Origin: Jimgerdemannia flammicorona | Lineage: Eukaryota | DNA length: 32,952 nucleotides | Direction: 5' to 3' | NCBI GenBank assembly: GCA_003990765.1 | Contig: RBNJ01000326.1 | Span: 1 to 32,952 of the forward strand | Shown here: positions 1 to 11,800 of the stretch, one piece after another | Numbering within the stretch: the first letter of the stretch is position 1 | Layout: each line of letters starts with the position of its first letter | The notes under the pieces: model-generated | The model's input: only the letters and a program-made list of their open reading frames with translations | What the model was told of the DNA's origin: nothing | The model's database searches: none | Position numbers and translations under genes: made by a program

Positions 1-25
1 AAAAAAAAAAAAAGAAAAAACATAC

Positions 26-318
26 CGCCTCCGGAACACCGGTGTGCCCGAGCTTCTGTCCACCACGATTTGATTACCGGTCGTCCACGTGACGATGGTC
101 TCCTAAAGTTGGAGTGGCAGAAAGATAAAGTGGTTGGAGGAAGTATAGCGGAGAAGCTGCTGGCAAAACAGGTAAACAGACAAACTGTGAACACATACGA
201 GATCGGAGCGGGGGTCTAGACTTATGGGGGTGTGATTGACCTCAAAGAAAACGCTCGGGAAATCCGCCACGCGGATTTCATCTCTGTCATCAAAACATTT
301 AAGTATGTTTTGGCTCAT
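26..318 (-). CDS. First two coding exons (318-199, 102-26) of an intron-containing gene of unknown product; continues off the left edge of the window
   Basis: ATG at 318 gives 40 codons (MSQNILKCFDDRDEIRVADFPSVFFEVNHTPISLDPRSDL). A GTATGT donor at 198 and CTTTAG acceptor at 103 follow, then an in-frame exon ETIVTWTTGNQIVVDRSSGTPVFRR and a second GTATGT donor at 25. Upstream is a pyrimidine-rich 5' region. Family not recognised. Confidence 0.7.
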
Positions 319-724
319 GTTTGATGGAGAGTGATGAGGAATGAGAAGGTCTGGGTGTGTTGGAGGATTGGAAGGATTGGTTTGAGGAAGGTTTGGTTGG
401 AGAATTGGTTTGTTGGGAAGAAGTCTTGTGGGGAAAAGGTGGTTTATATATGCGTACCCAATGCGTTGGCGTGTACCCACCACTGCTGTGCCCATACAGC
501 GATGCAATCAATGACAGCACAATTACATTCTTGGCTCTTGTTAAACGCTATATCCATGTGATAACCGAGGCGGCAGTCTTACCCTGTTGCGTGAGGCGTT
601 TTTGCCAAACACCCTTTGGCATGTGGCTTCAGTCCCAGCAGCCTTGCAGCCCGCGTTATAATCCGTCTGTGACGTCTGAGCAATGATTCGGAATATGGAT
701 GGATGGACGAAACGCCACGCAAGA

Positions 725-887
725 GTGTAATGCTTGATCACCTGTCCACACGTCAAGCTTCGGCGAGCAAGGAAGCGGTGTAATACTTGATCACCTGTCC
801 AAGCGTCAAGCTTTGGCGGGCAAGGGAGTGGTGTAATATTGATCACATGTCCACGCGTCAAGCTTCAGCGGGCTGAGAGTAATGTAA
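725..887. repeat. Tandem repeat, ~3 x 53 bp
   Basis: Unit GTGTAAT(G/A)CTTGATCACCTGTCCACGCGTCAAGCTTCGGCGGGCAAGGGAGTG-like; copies start at 725, 778 and 831. Confidence 0.9.
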
Positions 888-1270
888 GGGACGTTAATTA
901 AAAGATAATACCGACTTCTCGTCCACATGTAACTTCCTCAATCGAACTTTACATTTCCAACGTTAAAACACTGCCACTCCCCGGATATGTATGTATAACG
1001 CATGATGTGTCATTACACACACCCATCTCCTCCTTTTCATGACGCAACGGAGGCCCATGAGATATGTTAAAGATCAATTTACGATTCCAAAAAACGGTGA
1101 ACTTATATGTATTAAAAGAAAGGCATAATGCATCACAAAATCCTTGTACCATGCGCCATACATTTATGTACGTGTACGCCAAGTATGCCATGTATGTGTG
1201 ACGTGTTTATATAATGTGTAGAAATGTCTTATGCATTGCCTACATGTATACGGGCAACTATCTAAAGCAA

Positions 1271-3797
1271 TTACCCCAAAAAATCCTTGTTGTACTGGCC
1301 CTGCTCTGCCAATTTATGGATATATTCTCTCGCTGGGGCATCATATGCGTACCCGCCAAAACTCTGCGCCATCAATTCAAACGCCCTGCGCACATCCTTG
1401 GAGCGCCACAGATGTAAATAATAGCCTTATGCTCTGTGATGAGATTCCACACGTGGGATGCATTGGCCATGATGTAGTGCTGAACGTATCGCTTGGGGTC
1501 ATTGCTATGGCGCGAAAAGGCGGTGTGAAGTGCGGTCAAGGTTCCGTCCTCGACAAAAACCTCCAGCTCATCGCGATAGATAAAGTCCTGGTCAATATGA
1601 TGGCAGCCGAAGAAAAGGTAGGCATCGGAGACGCCGCCTTTTGCAGTGGATTTAAGGCCGAGCGCCTGGCATCGTAATGATGGGCGTGATTGAGTTGCTG
1701 GGCAAGGCGAAGGTGGTCTTGTGTCGTTTCACAGATGCTCGGAATGTGGCACCCGGCTGTGCTCTTTCGAGAGTTTGTCGTTGACAATATCCTTGGCGAT
1801 TCCGACGGTCTGTTCGTTGGATATTGGAAAGGTGCGTGGATAGGAGACAGATATAAAAAGCATTGAGATATTTGTACACGTATTTTGAATCTTGACTATA
1901 TTTACCAAGTGACCAGCGTTGGGGTGCTTCAAGGGGCTTCTGGCACTCGAGTATCTCCTCGACTACATCACCATCACAGCGCATAGGAACTCCTTCGTTG
2001 ACTATCGGGTATGTATTTTGGAGATCCAACAGGGTCCGATGCTTGGCAACGAATTCGTTACGCTTGGCCTATCCTTCTTCTCCAGGTTGTGTCAGCGACA
2101 AAAGGTGATCCGCAACATTTTTATGACTCTTCTCGAGCCTCGAGGCGAAGCTGTTCAGGACGTACCGTGACGGGGGAGACAACAAGTCGGCGTAGAAAGT
2201 GAGGACGCTGCGAACGGAGCAAGGCCCTTTGATGACGCTGGCAAGGAAGAAACGGACAAATTGTTGACTTCCTTGATTTAGAAGACGGCATCAAGGATGA
2301 GAAGGCGATAGTTTCAACTATGCGTTCGTCATTCTCACTCTGATACTTCCCGTCTTGGAGTACGGCCTACTTGTCGGATCAGTGATAGTAATATCATTAA
2401 AGCCAAAGCTTTGGCCTGCGAGCGAGCTGGCTGGCGTAATCCTGCTAGCTGTCCGTCTGCGTACCAAAAATAAACGTGATTGGAGGCAGAAGATGTTGGC
2501 AACACATGCGGCAGCAACGGTGACGGGCAACGACGGGAGCGACGGGCAACGACGGATAGGCGGTAGCGGCGGGCGAGGTCTGAGGTTCTAAATGAGTGCC
2601 CTCAGTCGGCTTTGGAAGATTGGTATGTAGGTGGATGGTCACGTTGACGTTAAGTGGGCGAAGGTTTGGGATTTGGGTCGTATGTTGCCGGGGTGTCGTC
2701 GACGTACTTGAACTCGAAACCAAGGCCCTCGTCTGACACGGCGTTCAGCATGTATCCTAACAGATCCTTCTCGCTATTCTTGGAATCGGGGCTAAGCTTC
2801 CTAGCTCTGATCACCTCATCAACGATATCCTGCATCCGCTTCCGTTCACGCTCAAACCGACGATTTGCCTTGATAGGAAGGTGCTTGATGCACTGAGCTT
2901 GCAAGTTGCGTTGCATGGATACGGCAAGGCAGAACGCCATGGCCTGGATGAACGGGTGTCGGGGTGCATCGCACGAGTCAAGCAGGTGGAAGTCATACTC
3001 GAACCCGATGCGGCAAATGGTTTCTAAGGTGAGATTTGTTCAAGTGACGATATTACAGGCTCATTTTCCGCGTATTGCTCGAGGACAGTGATGGTCTGCA
3101 TGACAACATCACCTTCTCCTACTGGTAGGTCTTGACGGCCCGGGTGCTAAAGGCTGGCATGAGAAGCTTGTGGGAGAGCCTCCAATCCATCGTGTCGGTG
3201 TCGCTGGTAAATAGGCAGTTTCCGTCGAGGGGCTTGACCCTCGATCAACGGGGCCCCAGTTTTCTTGAAGTATTCAGACTCTTTGAACGCGATCTCGGCC
3301 ACGGCAGGGTCGTTGGTGTGTATGCTTTCACGGCCCATGATATTTAATTTTACCAACGGACCGTGCTCGTTAAAAAGGCGACGCCAGTTGCCAACTCTGC
3401 GGAACGAACATTGGCAGATATAGTATTAAGAAATGCATAATGAGAGGAAAAATACCAAATAAAGTTCATACAAAAAACGTATTAGGTCAAATACATGCAC
3501 ATTGGGCAGAAGCTCGAAGGGTTACCAACAAACGGCAGCGGCACCAGACCAGAGACGACCTTGATCTTATCGGCGACGGAGACGTAGGCGACTTGCTGGT
3601 CCCGGACCGCGTCAACACCAGACAAGGCATTGCCTTCCGCGTCCTCGAACACGATTTCCCGAGGTTAGAACGGGCGGCGAGTCGATGCAGCGTGTCCAGG
3701 TCGGCAGCCAGACCAGGTTTTATAATGACTCCGCTTTTTTTTCATCTTGACCCTTGAGAACCACGACAAGGGATGTAGTTTGCGATTTAGCGGGCGT
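1271..3797 (-). pseudogene. Pseudogene of a self-sufficient (fused) cytochrome P450/NADPH-cytochrome P450 reductase (CYP505/CYP102-like architecture)
   Basis: Pieces in shifting frames: PLPFVGN (N-terminal Pro-rich motif, ~3520); MVKLNIMG..TNDPAVAEIAFKESEYF; MQDIVDEVIRARK..KDLLGYMLN; flavodoxin start PITFIFGTQT..QDYASQLA (~2450); FAD-domain RRYS..SPLKHP (~1940); NADPH-domain LFFGCHHIDQDFIYRDELE..TAFSR..RYVQH..IYICG; C-terminus GQYNKDFLG* (TAA 1273-1271). Many stops, frameshifts and deletions. A GT..AG intron is retained at 1905-1810. The putative start reads ACG at 3797. Confidence 0.9.
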
Positions 3798-4079
3798 GTT
3801 TGTAGTGATGTGTGGATGATGTTGTTTGGTTGGGAGATTGCGGTGGGAGGGGTATTTGAGTCGGGTATGTTAGGTGCAGACGGTGGGATGGATCCATTGA
3901 GCTTGATCTGGTTTTTGTAGTGTTGAGTGTTGCCAATGGAAGACAATGCAAAGCGGTATTTATATAATTCACGTCGAATGGCGGTCTACAGCGCTACATA
4001 GTTTATATATTCTGATATACTTCAATCCACGCTGCCCAAATTATGATGACGACCCAAAAGTGCAATAACCCAAGTTAGC

Positions 4080-4104
4080 TTTATTTATTTATTTATTTAT
4101 TTAT
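4080..4104. repeat. (TTTA)n microsatellite
   Basis: About six TTTA units, directly visible. Confidence 0.9.
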
Positions 4105-4631
4105 GATTTCGTCGCCCAATCCACACTCCCCCACTCCACTTCCCCCCATGGACCACGCACCCAACAGGTCGGATTGGCCAGTTGCATAAATTATCAAGGA
4201 TGTCGAAATAAACAATAGAGACGAGGTTAAAGGCAGCAACCTCCCCAGCGCCTTCACGGCGTCATCCAGATAACCAAAGCCTCGTGCCCAAGTGTAACGT
4301 GAACCAGAATTTCGCCGATATGCTGAGACTGCGTTGGTAACGACGGCAGCCCATGGTCGCGGACATCCGTCGCATATCAGTGCCGAGTCTATGCCAGTAT
4401 AAAATTGTGGCGGGTTGCCGTATCGCGAGTTGAGAGGAGTTGGGTGCCGGCGGAGCAGGTGTTCGAGCCGAGGAACGGGGCTAAAGGGTGTATGTTGAGA
4501 GAAACGAATCACGCAGTCGGAGAGATTCACGTATTGGAAAAAAAAAGTTGATGTTGCACGTCACGCATGACGTCCAGCCCTCTAAGTAGTTTCCATGATG
4601 AGTATTTCAGCCATAGTCCGTGAGATGATGA

Positions 4632-4942
4632 GTGCAGACTTCATTTGGCAGGTCGGTGAGAACTGATGACTGGTGCAAATTTTATTTAGTAGGTCGCATG
4701 GGAGGGGCTTTTCACTTAATGTTCTTGTTTAAATAGTCTGTAAGTACACGGACGATCTGTGTTCAAAGTTAATGTCCTTACGGAAATAGTCTTAAAGAGC
4801 ACGTGACGAGTGAAGACTTTATTTGGCAGGTCGCATGGTAGTGGCTTTTCACTCGGACGATCTGTGTTCAAAGTTAATGTCCTTTAGGTAGGTGACAAAT
4901 GCAGACTTTATTTGGCAGGTCGCATGGTAGTGGCTTTTCACT
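4632..4942. repeat. Compound direct-repeat array of two interleaved motifs
   Basis: Motif A (AGACTTTATTTGGCAGGTCGCATGGTAGTGGCTTTTCACT) is identical at 4814-4853 and 4903-4942, degenerate at ~4673-4716 and partial at ~4632-4654. Motif B (CGGACGATCTGTGTTCAAAGTTAATGTCCTT) is at 4749-4779 and 4854-4884. Confidence 0.9.
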
Positions 4943-5024
4943 TTTGGGGATTGCAACAGTCACAGACCCAAGTGGCCAGATACACATGACTCAAGTTACA
5001 GCAGCCCAGCCACAAGATGCGACG

Positions 5025-5517
5025 AATGAAAATAATAATACAAAAACTCAAGAGTGATAGTTTATTGTCACTATCATCTAAAATTCACCAAAATGAATTA
5101 CAAAATCTCTTCATTATCTTATTTATTTTTAATTATAAATTCTTAGACTCTTTTTGCTTCTCAATTTCAAACTCATAAACTTCAACAACTATATAGTACT
5201 TATATACTAAATAATTATCTATCTCAGCAAATATATCTTGAAAACTTTATCAGATATACTTTATAAATTACTTTATTATTATTTTTTTAATATATATATT
5301 AATTTAATATTAAATAATATATAAAAATTAACAATAATACTCAGTATTGATTAATTCTAAGAAATTTTTTTTCATTTATCAGTAAGAAATTATTAAAGAG
5401 AATAAAAAAATTTATAACTTTTAATATATTATTAATAATAACTTATAGATATAGAATTATAATTTTACTTTTTATTAAACTTAGTAGTCTTTATATATAT
5501 ATATAATTTAAAATATT
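5025..5517. other. Extremely AT-rich degenerate host sequence (left part); continues at 24009-24172 and from 31333
   Basis: Near-total loss of C/G. The TSD of Gypsy B joins 5517 to 24009, and the ends of Gypsy C join 24172 to 31333. Identity unknown. Confidence 0.55.
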
Positions 5518-5546
5518 TGGAATAAATCATTATATATATCTATAAG

Positions 5547-6069
5547 TATAATAAATATATATATTATAGAGAATAATTATATTTATTGAAGTGCAAGACT
5601 GTTTTGATATAGTCAAGTTAGATGAAATCTGAGACTTAGACTATATATTAACAAATGTTAAAATAGAAATATATAACTAGATGTAAGGAATAGAACTTGA
5701 GAAGTTTAATTATCTTCAGAAAATTCAAATAACTATATAATAACTAACTAGACTGAGCTTAATTAAAGTATTTAGAGGAGATATTTATATAAGAAGAATA
5801 GAAAAAAAAAGAACAGATAGAATATTTACTAAGCTAAATATTAAGCAATAAGTCATACTTAGTAGAACTTAGTGGAATATTATAGAGTTACTAAGTATTA
5901 ATTAGTAATTAATAGAATCTTAGCAGAACTATTTAGAAAACAGATTTTTGATAAATGACTAAGTGATTCTGTACTATTATAAGCTATTCTGAAATATTCT
6001 ACTAAGTAATATAATAAAGAAAGAATGATAATTTAGTAAAAGAAAAATAGAATATAGAGGATTATTACA
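5547..6069 (-). repeat. 3' LTR of Gypsy A
   Basis: Collinear with 16090-16612; starts TGTAAT on the minus strand after the PPT; differences are mostly transitions. Confidence 0.93.
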
Positions 6070-6109
6070 TTCTCTCTTACTTGAAAGAGAACATTGTTTT
6101 CAATATTTA

Positions 6110-6256
6110 TATTCATAGAGAGCTCATTGAGTTTTCTTGAGATTTCTAATAGATTCTCAAATACTGTCATACTCAGAATAGTCTATCTATTTAACAAGAT
6201 ACTCAGTATGATTGTAATATATATATTTGTCAAGAATATTCTCATCTTCATACTTG
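6110..6256 (-). pseudogene. Chromodomain at the C-terminus of Gypsy A integrase
   Basis: Translates KYEDENILDKYIYYNHTEYLVK*IDYSEYDSI*ESIRNL, matching the chromodomain pattern YEVE.IL....EYLVKW.GY....TWEP..NL after reversing transitions. Confidence 0.85.
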
Positions 6257-8394
6257 ATATAACTATTAATCAAAAGAGATACTGATGGCTAAGGATTCTA
6301 GTTTAGATACTTGTATAGACTATTACAGTATGACTTAAATAGAGAGATATAGAAGACAGAATATATACAGATATTCTATAGTAGTATTAACTTATATGCT
6401 ATTAGAGATATTTGTTTAGTATCTTATAGAAGTCATTATATCTTACTTGAAGTTCTTAGAAGAGTGGTTAACTTGAGATATTAAATTGAGATTTATAGTA
6501 GATAAGAGTACTTGATTACTAATCTTAAATTTGATCTCCTATCTCCTAATATTGGTATATTTGACTTATTGTGTCTAGGTCTTGAGTAGGTTATCTTTAG
6601 CAACTTGAATTATTGTATTTATATATTTAATGAGATCTTAGATAGCAGAAACTTTAGAAAGTTCTTTTTTAACTTGAGTAAGTAAGCTTAATGGAGTTTA
6701 TATATCTTGACCATATAGTAACTTGAAAGATATAAAGCCTATTGAGACTTATACTGAGTTATTATAGGTAAACTCTACAAAGATAAGATATTGTTCTCAG
6801 TTATCTTATTTGTAAGAAATATAGTTTCTTAGCATTTGCTTGAAGGTCTGATTTGCTTACTTAGTTTGTCTATTAGTTTATAGGTGATATACTATACTTA
6901 GAGCTTGTTGGGCTCTAAGTATCTTAAATAATATCTATCAGAAATAACTTGTAAATTTTGGATCTTAATTGCTAATCATAATTTTTAGAAGATCATTATT
7001 TTAAGAAGAATATTTTGACAGTGTCAGAGATAGTAGTATTGGTTTTGGTTGGCTCCAACTTAATGGTCTTAGTGAGACAGTCTATGAAGATAATGATAGC
7101 ATTATTTCCTTGTAATATCTTGGGCAGTTAGATAATAGAGTCCATAGTAACTTACTTCTATTTAGTAGCTAGAACTGAGAGAGATTGGAGTAGACTATAT
7201 AGCTGTAATCTTAATATCTTATTCTTTTAGCAGTGATTACAGGTAGATATTCTTTGATATATTAATTCATTACAGATTAGAAGAAGTAACAATAAATATT
7301 GTGAATGGTTTTCTGATATCCCATATAACCAGCAAGAAGAGAGTTATGGTTTTTCTGAAGAATCTTAAAGTAAAAATTATTGGAATTTGAGATATATATT
7401 TTGTTATTCTTATATATGATTTTATTAGTAATCTTATATTCTTCTAGTAGACTTGTAAGAATTTTCTTTATAATTAGATCCTGGTAGAATCTTTCTTTTA
7501 ATTCATCTAAAAGAGTCTTATCTAGAGTCATCTTGATAGTACTAAGATTAGGCCTTCTTAATAAAATATCAGCTATTATATTTATCTTATCTGACTTGTA
7601 AATAATCTTGACATTAAAAGCTTAGATATACTTGATCTATTTTGTCTAATTTGAAAACAGACAGAGATCTAAGTTGAGATATATATATGAGTGACTTGTG
7701 ATCAGTAATGATATATATCAAAGTTTTGGTCCTTGAGATAATATTGCCAATTTTGTAGAATCTCATAGATAGTTAGGAGTTCTTTTTTATAGGTAGTATA
7801 TCTTTGTTTAGTCTTATTCAATTTTTGTAAAGAATATACAAATAGCTGAGATCCTTTACTTATATCTTGAGATAATACTATACTGATTATATATATATAT
7901 ATAGATATATCTATAATAACTATAAACTGTAGGGCTAAGTCTAAGTTATGTAGAGTTAGCATAGTTATTAATTTTATCTTCAGGATTTGAAATATCTCTT
8001 GGTAGACAGGAGTTGATTGAAATGAGTTACTGATCTTCAACAATTTGATCATAGGCTTAGCAATATCAGAGTAATCTTCAATAAATCAGTAGTAATATTC
8101 AGAAGTCTTAAGAAAGACCTGATATCATAGATGTTTACTAGAATAGATCAATCTGAGACTACTTGAACCTTCTTGAGATCAGACTAAATACTATTGACTA
8201 AGATAATATAGCCAAGATATTTTATCTCTTTCTTGAAAAATTTATATTTACTAAGCTTATTAAAGCTATTTTCTTATAATTTCTTAAACACTTGTCTGAG
8301 ATACTTAAAGTATTCTTTTTCTGATATACTAAATATTAGAATATCATCCAGATAGATAATGATAAAGGTATCAAGATATAGTTATGAAACATCT

Positions 8395-8547
8395 TGTTGT
8401 GGAATACTTGGAATGGAGGGAGCAACATTCTGTTTATTGCTAATTTTTACATGCTTTTACGTGTTGCAATTAGTGATATTTACATGATGACATAGTCAAG
8501 GAAGGCTGCGCCACCATATATCGAGTTGTAACCTACATATTTCAATA
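8395..8547 (-). repeat. Copia 3' LTR
   Basis: 153 bp, TGTTG..CAATA on the plus strand, ungapped match to the two 5' copies. Confidence 0.97.
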
Positions 8548-8804
8548 CTCCCACTCAACGAGATATGCAAATTCCCAAACTGCAATACTAAGCTATAACC
8601 ACTGCAAATCTCACTGTAATGTTCAGACCGCTATCTAGAAACCGAAAAACACCCGAATTGCCTGCTTAAAGCTCGAAAAATAGGTTGAAAAGTAGAGATG
8701 TGAATGTTCATAGATGAGTAATGTTGGTAGAAATCACCAATACAGGAATCAATGTTAAAGAAGCTTGCTGTTGCTCTATTATCCTATCTCATCCCGAATT
8801 GTCC

Positions 8805-11800
8805 TTAATTACCAGCGTAGAGTCCCGTAATACTCATTCCTTGTATGCATAAGTCAAACTTTGCCTTTGGAAGGGCTTTAGTCAATGAATCTGCCATCAT
8901 ATATTCTGTTGGGGTGTATTCAAGGTGTATAGTGCCGTTTTCCATGCATTCACATATGAAATGATGCTGTATGTCAATGTGTTTCATTCTAGTATGATGT
9001 ATAGGGTTCTTCACCAAAGCAATCATTGATTGGTTATCTTGCTGGAGTAGCATAGAGTGCTGTTGCTTGTATCCCAGCCCCTTTAACAGTTCTCGAAGCC
9101 AGATAGCCTCCTTTGTTGCCATTGACAATGCTTGATATTCCACTTGCATAGAGGATGTTGCCACTGAAGGTTGCTTATGTGTTTGCCACGAAATGGCTCT
9201 GTTGTTTACTTTAAAGATGTATCCAGTTGTAGACCTTCTGTCATCTAAGTCGCTGGCCCAATCAGCATCATAAGAACCGAGTAGACGTATAGTACTCCCG
9301 CTTTGCCCATTATCACCGCCCAAACTGAGTGTATAGTCTACAGTTTCTTTGATGTACCGAAGAATGCACTTAACTACTATCCAATGCGAATTATCGTAGC
9401 ATGACGAGTATTGTGCCACTTTGTTGACTGCAAATGATATGTCAGATCTCGTCCCGAGTATAAGATACATGAGGGATCCCACAGGGGATGTTGTTATTTT
9501 CGAGCATAGTTCCAGACTTCTTTAACCTTACAGACATCTCCATTGGTATTCTGACTGGTTTGCACTCACTCATGCTGAATTACACAAGTATTGTCTGAAT
9601 GTAGGCTTCTTGGCTTAGGTGTATAGTATGTGCACTCCTGTCACATATGATGGATATCTCCAAAAGGAAAGACATGTCACCCATATCTGTCATCTTGAAC
9701 TTCTTGCGTAATGCCACCTTTACTTTGTTGATCTCACTTGTCATCTCGACCAGAATGATATCGTCAACTCAAATTCCCAGATACACCATTCCTGAGGATA
9801 TATGATGAGTGTATATGCATAGGTCTGCTTCGCATCATTTGAACCCATTCTCTTCTATGAGATAATCATCGATCTTTCGATTCCACAGCCTTGCCGCTTG
9901 CTTAATTCCATAGAGCCCTTTGCATAATTTACATACGAGCTCATTTCCATCATTGTCATATAGTTCACATCTTTGTGGTTGAAGAATGTATAGTTCAGTA
10001 TCCATGTCTCCATTTAGGAAGGCTGTCTTAACATCCATTTGATATATCTATAGTCATACTTGGCTCCGATCGCAAGAAGTATTCTAAGTGAAGTAAGCTT
10101 AAATACTGGGGAAAATGTTTCATCGTAGTCGACTCCAAAGTCTTGTGAATACTCCTTTGCCATGAATTGGGCCTTGTATCATTCTATGCTGCCATTGTTA
10201 TCACATTTAATTTTATACACCCATCAGGATCCTATGGCTTGTTGATTTGCCGGAAGAGGGACCAAGTCCCACATGTTATTCTTGATGAGTGAGTTATACT
10301 CCTCGTCTATAGCCTTTTTCCACTCCTTTTTATCATTCAAATGAATGGCTTCATTGTAGTGTGCTGGCTCACCGGTCATTGCTATGTAAGCACATTCGTA
10401 AGAATCAGCATAGTTCATGTGATGTCTGCTATTGTTGCCACGATGGGATATCTTAGATAGGTCCCAATAGCCTCCTAAATCCGTATCTAGAACTCTGGAT
10501 TTGTGCTTTTGTTTGCCCTTCAGAGAGGTATCCTCTTTGTCATCCTCATCCGTAATTTCCATTATCCTTGGTTCTTGTAACTTCATTTCCATTTGCATGG
10601 ATTGTATTTTTGCTGGCATAGGTCCCAAGGATGTCTTTGGCATAGTCTTTGGTATCATTCCGGATATAGATGTTGTTCCGCTAGCCTTTGCAGTTAGCAT
10701 AGATGTCACTGGCTGTATCATCGAATTCACTGTCAGATTTGAGATAGGAATTTCCACGTAAATTTCCTGCTTAGTCTCTTTGAACTGTACGTCATGTGAA
10801 ATGATCATACATCATTTTTGCAGGTTCTAAAGTCTGTATCCCACTCCATCATATCCAAGGAATATATGCTTATCTGCCTTAGGTTTGAACTTGCCTTGGT
10901 TGCCACCTTTGTCCAGAATGTATACCTCGCTTCTGAATATGCGTAAGTGTGAAATGTCAGGCTTGGATCTATTCCATAATTCCTCAGGGGTAAGATTGCT
11001 GTCGTTCCTGGATTGCTTGCTGGGATCCTTGCTTAGAGCTTGAGAGAAACAACGATTTCGAATATATGCTGCCATATTCACTGCTTCCACCCAAAAGGAC
11101 TTTGGTAAGCCGGCCATATTCATCATCGTTCTAGCCATTTCCACTATCATTCGATTGAATTATTTCACTACGCCGTTTTGCTGAGGTGTATAAGGGGCTG
11201 TCATAGAGTGCTGTATACCGTTCTTCTTCAAGAAGTGTCTGAAACCTTTGTTGATGTATTCTTTACCATTATCTGAGTATAGAGTTTGTATTCTATGTCC
11301 CGTCTCATTCTCCATAGCTGCCTTGAATTTCCAGAATTTGTCAAATGCCTCGTTTTTCCCCACAATGAAATATACATAGACTTTGCATGTATAATCAACA
11401 ATGAATGTAATAAAATACTTCTTCCCGGAGTGTGATGCTGTTTGCATGGGGCCACAAATATCCATATGAATCAAATCGAGAATGCTGGCCGCTCGCTTCA
11501 TTCATTCCTGAAAAGGTTGCTGGGAAGCCTTATTGCCATGCATCCATTGCAAAAGAAATCTGGTAGCATATAGTCCAGTAAACCATACATGGACTTGCTC
11601 CTTATCATCCATTCCAGGCTCGTCTTGCCGATATATCCTAAGCGTTCATGCCATATATGCCAGAGATCCTCTCCAGTCATAGTTGCAGAATATGCGAATG
11701 ATGTGCCACTCAGCATGCCATTGATTGCATATAGATTCCCCTTTTTAAATACATACATTAACTCCTTATTGTTCTTCAGATTGATTACTGTTACACTGTT

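Noticed and set aside
1231..3757. Plus-strand ORFs over the P450-reductase region
   Set aside because: Antisense shadows of the minus-strand pseudogene.
4093..4530. 145-aa minus-strand ORF as a gene
   Set aside because: Starts at GTG, ends in a microsatellite and has no recognisable motif; a gene remnant cannot be excluded.
4632..4942. CRISPR-like array
   Set aside because: Spacing is irregular, the intervening sequences are themselves repeated, there are no cas genes, and the context is eukaryotic.
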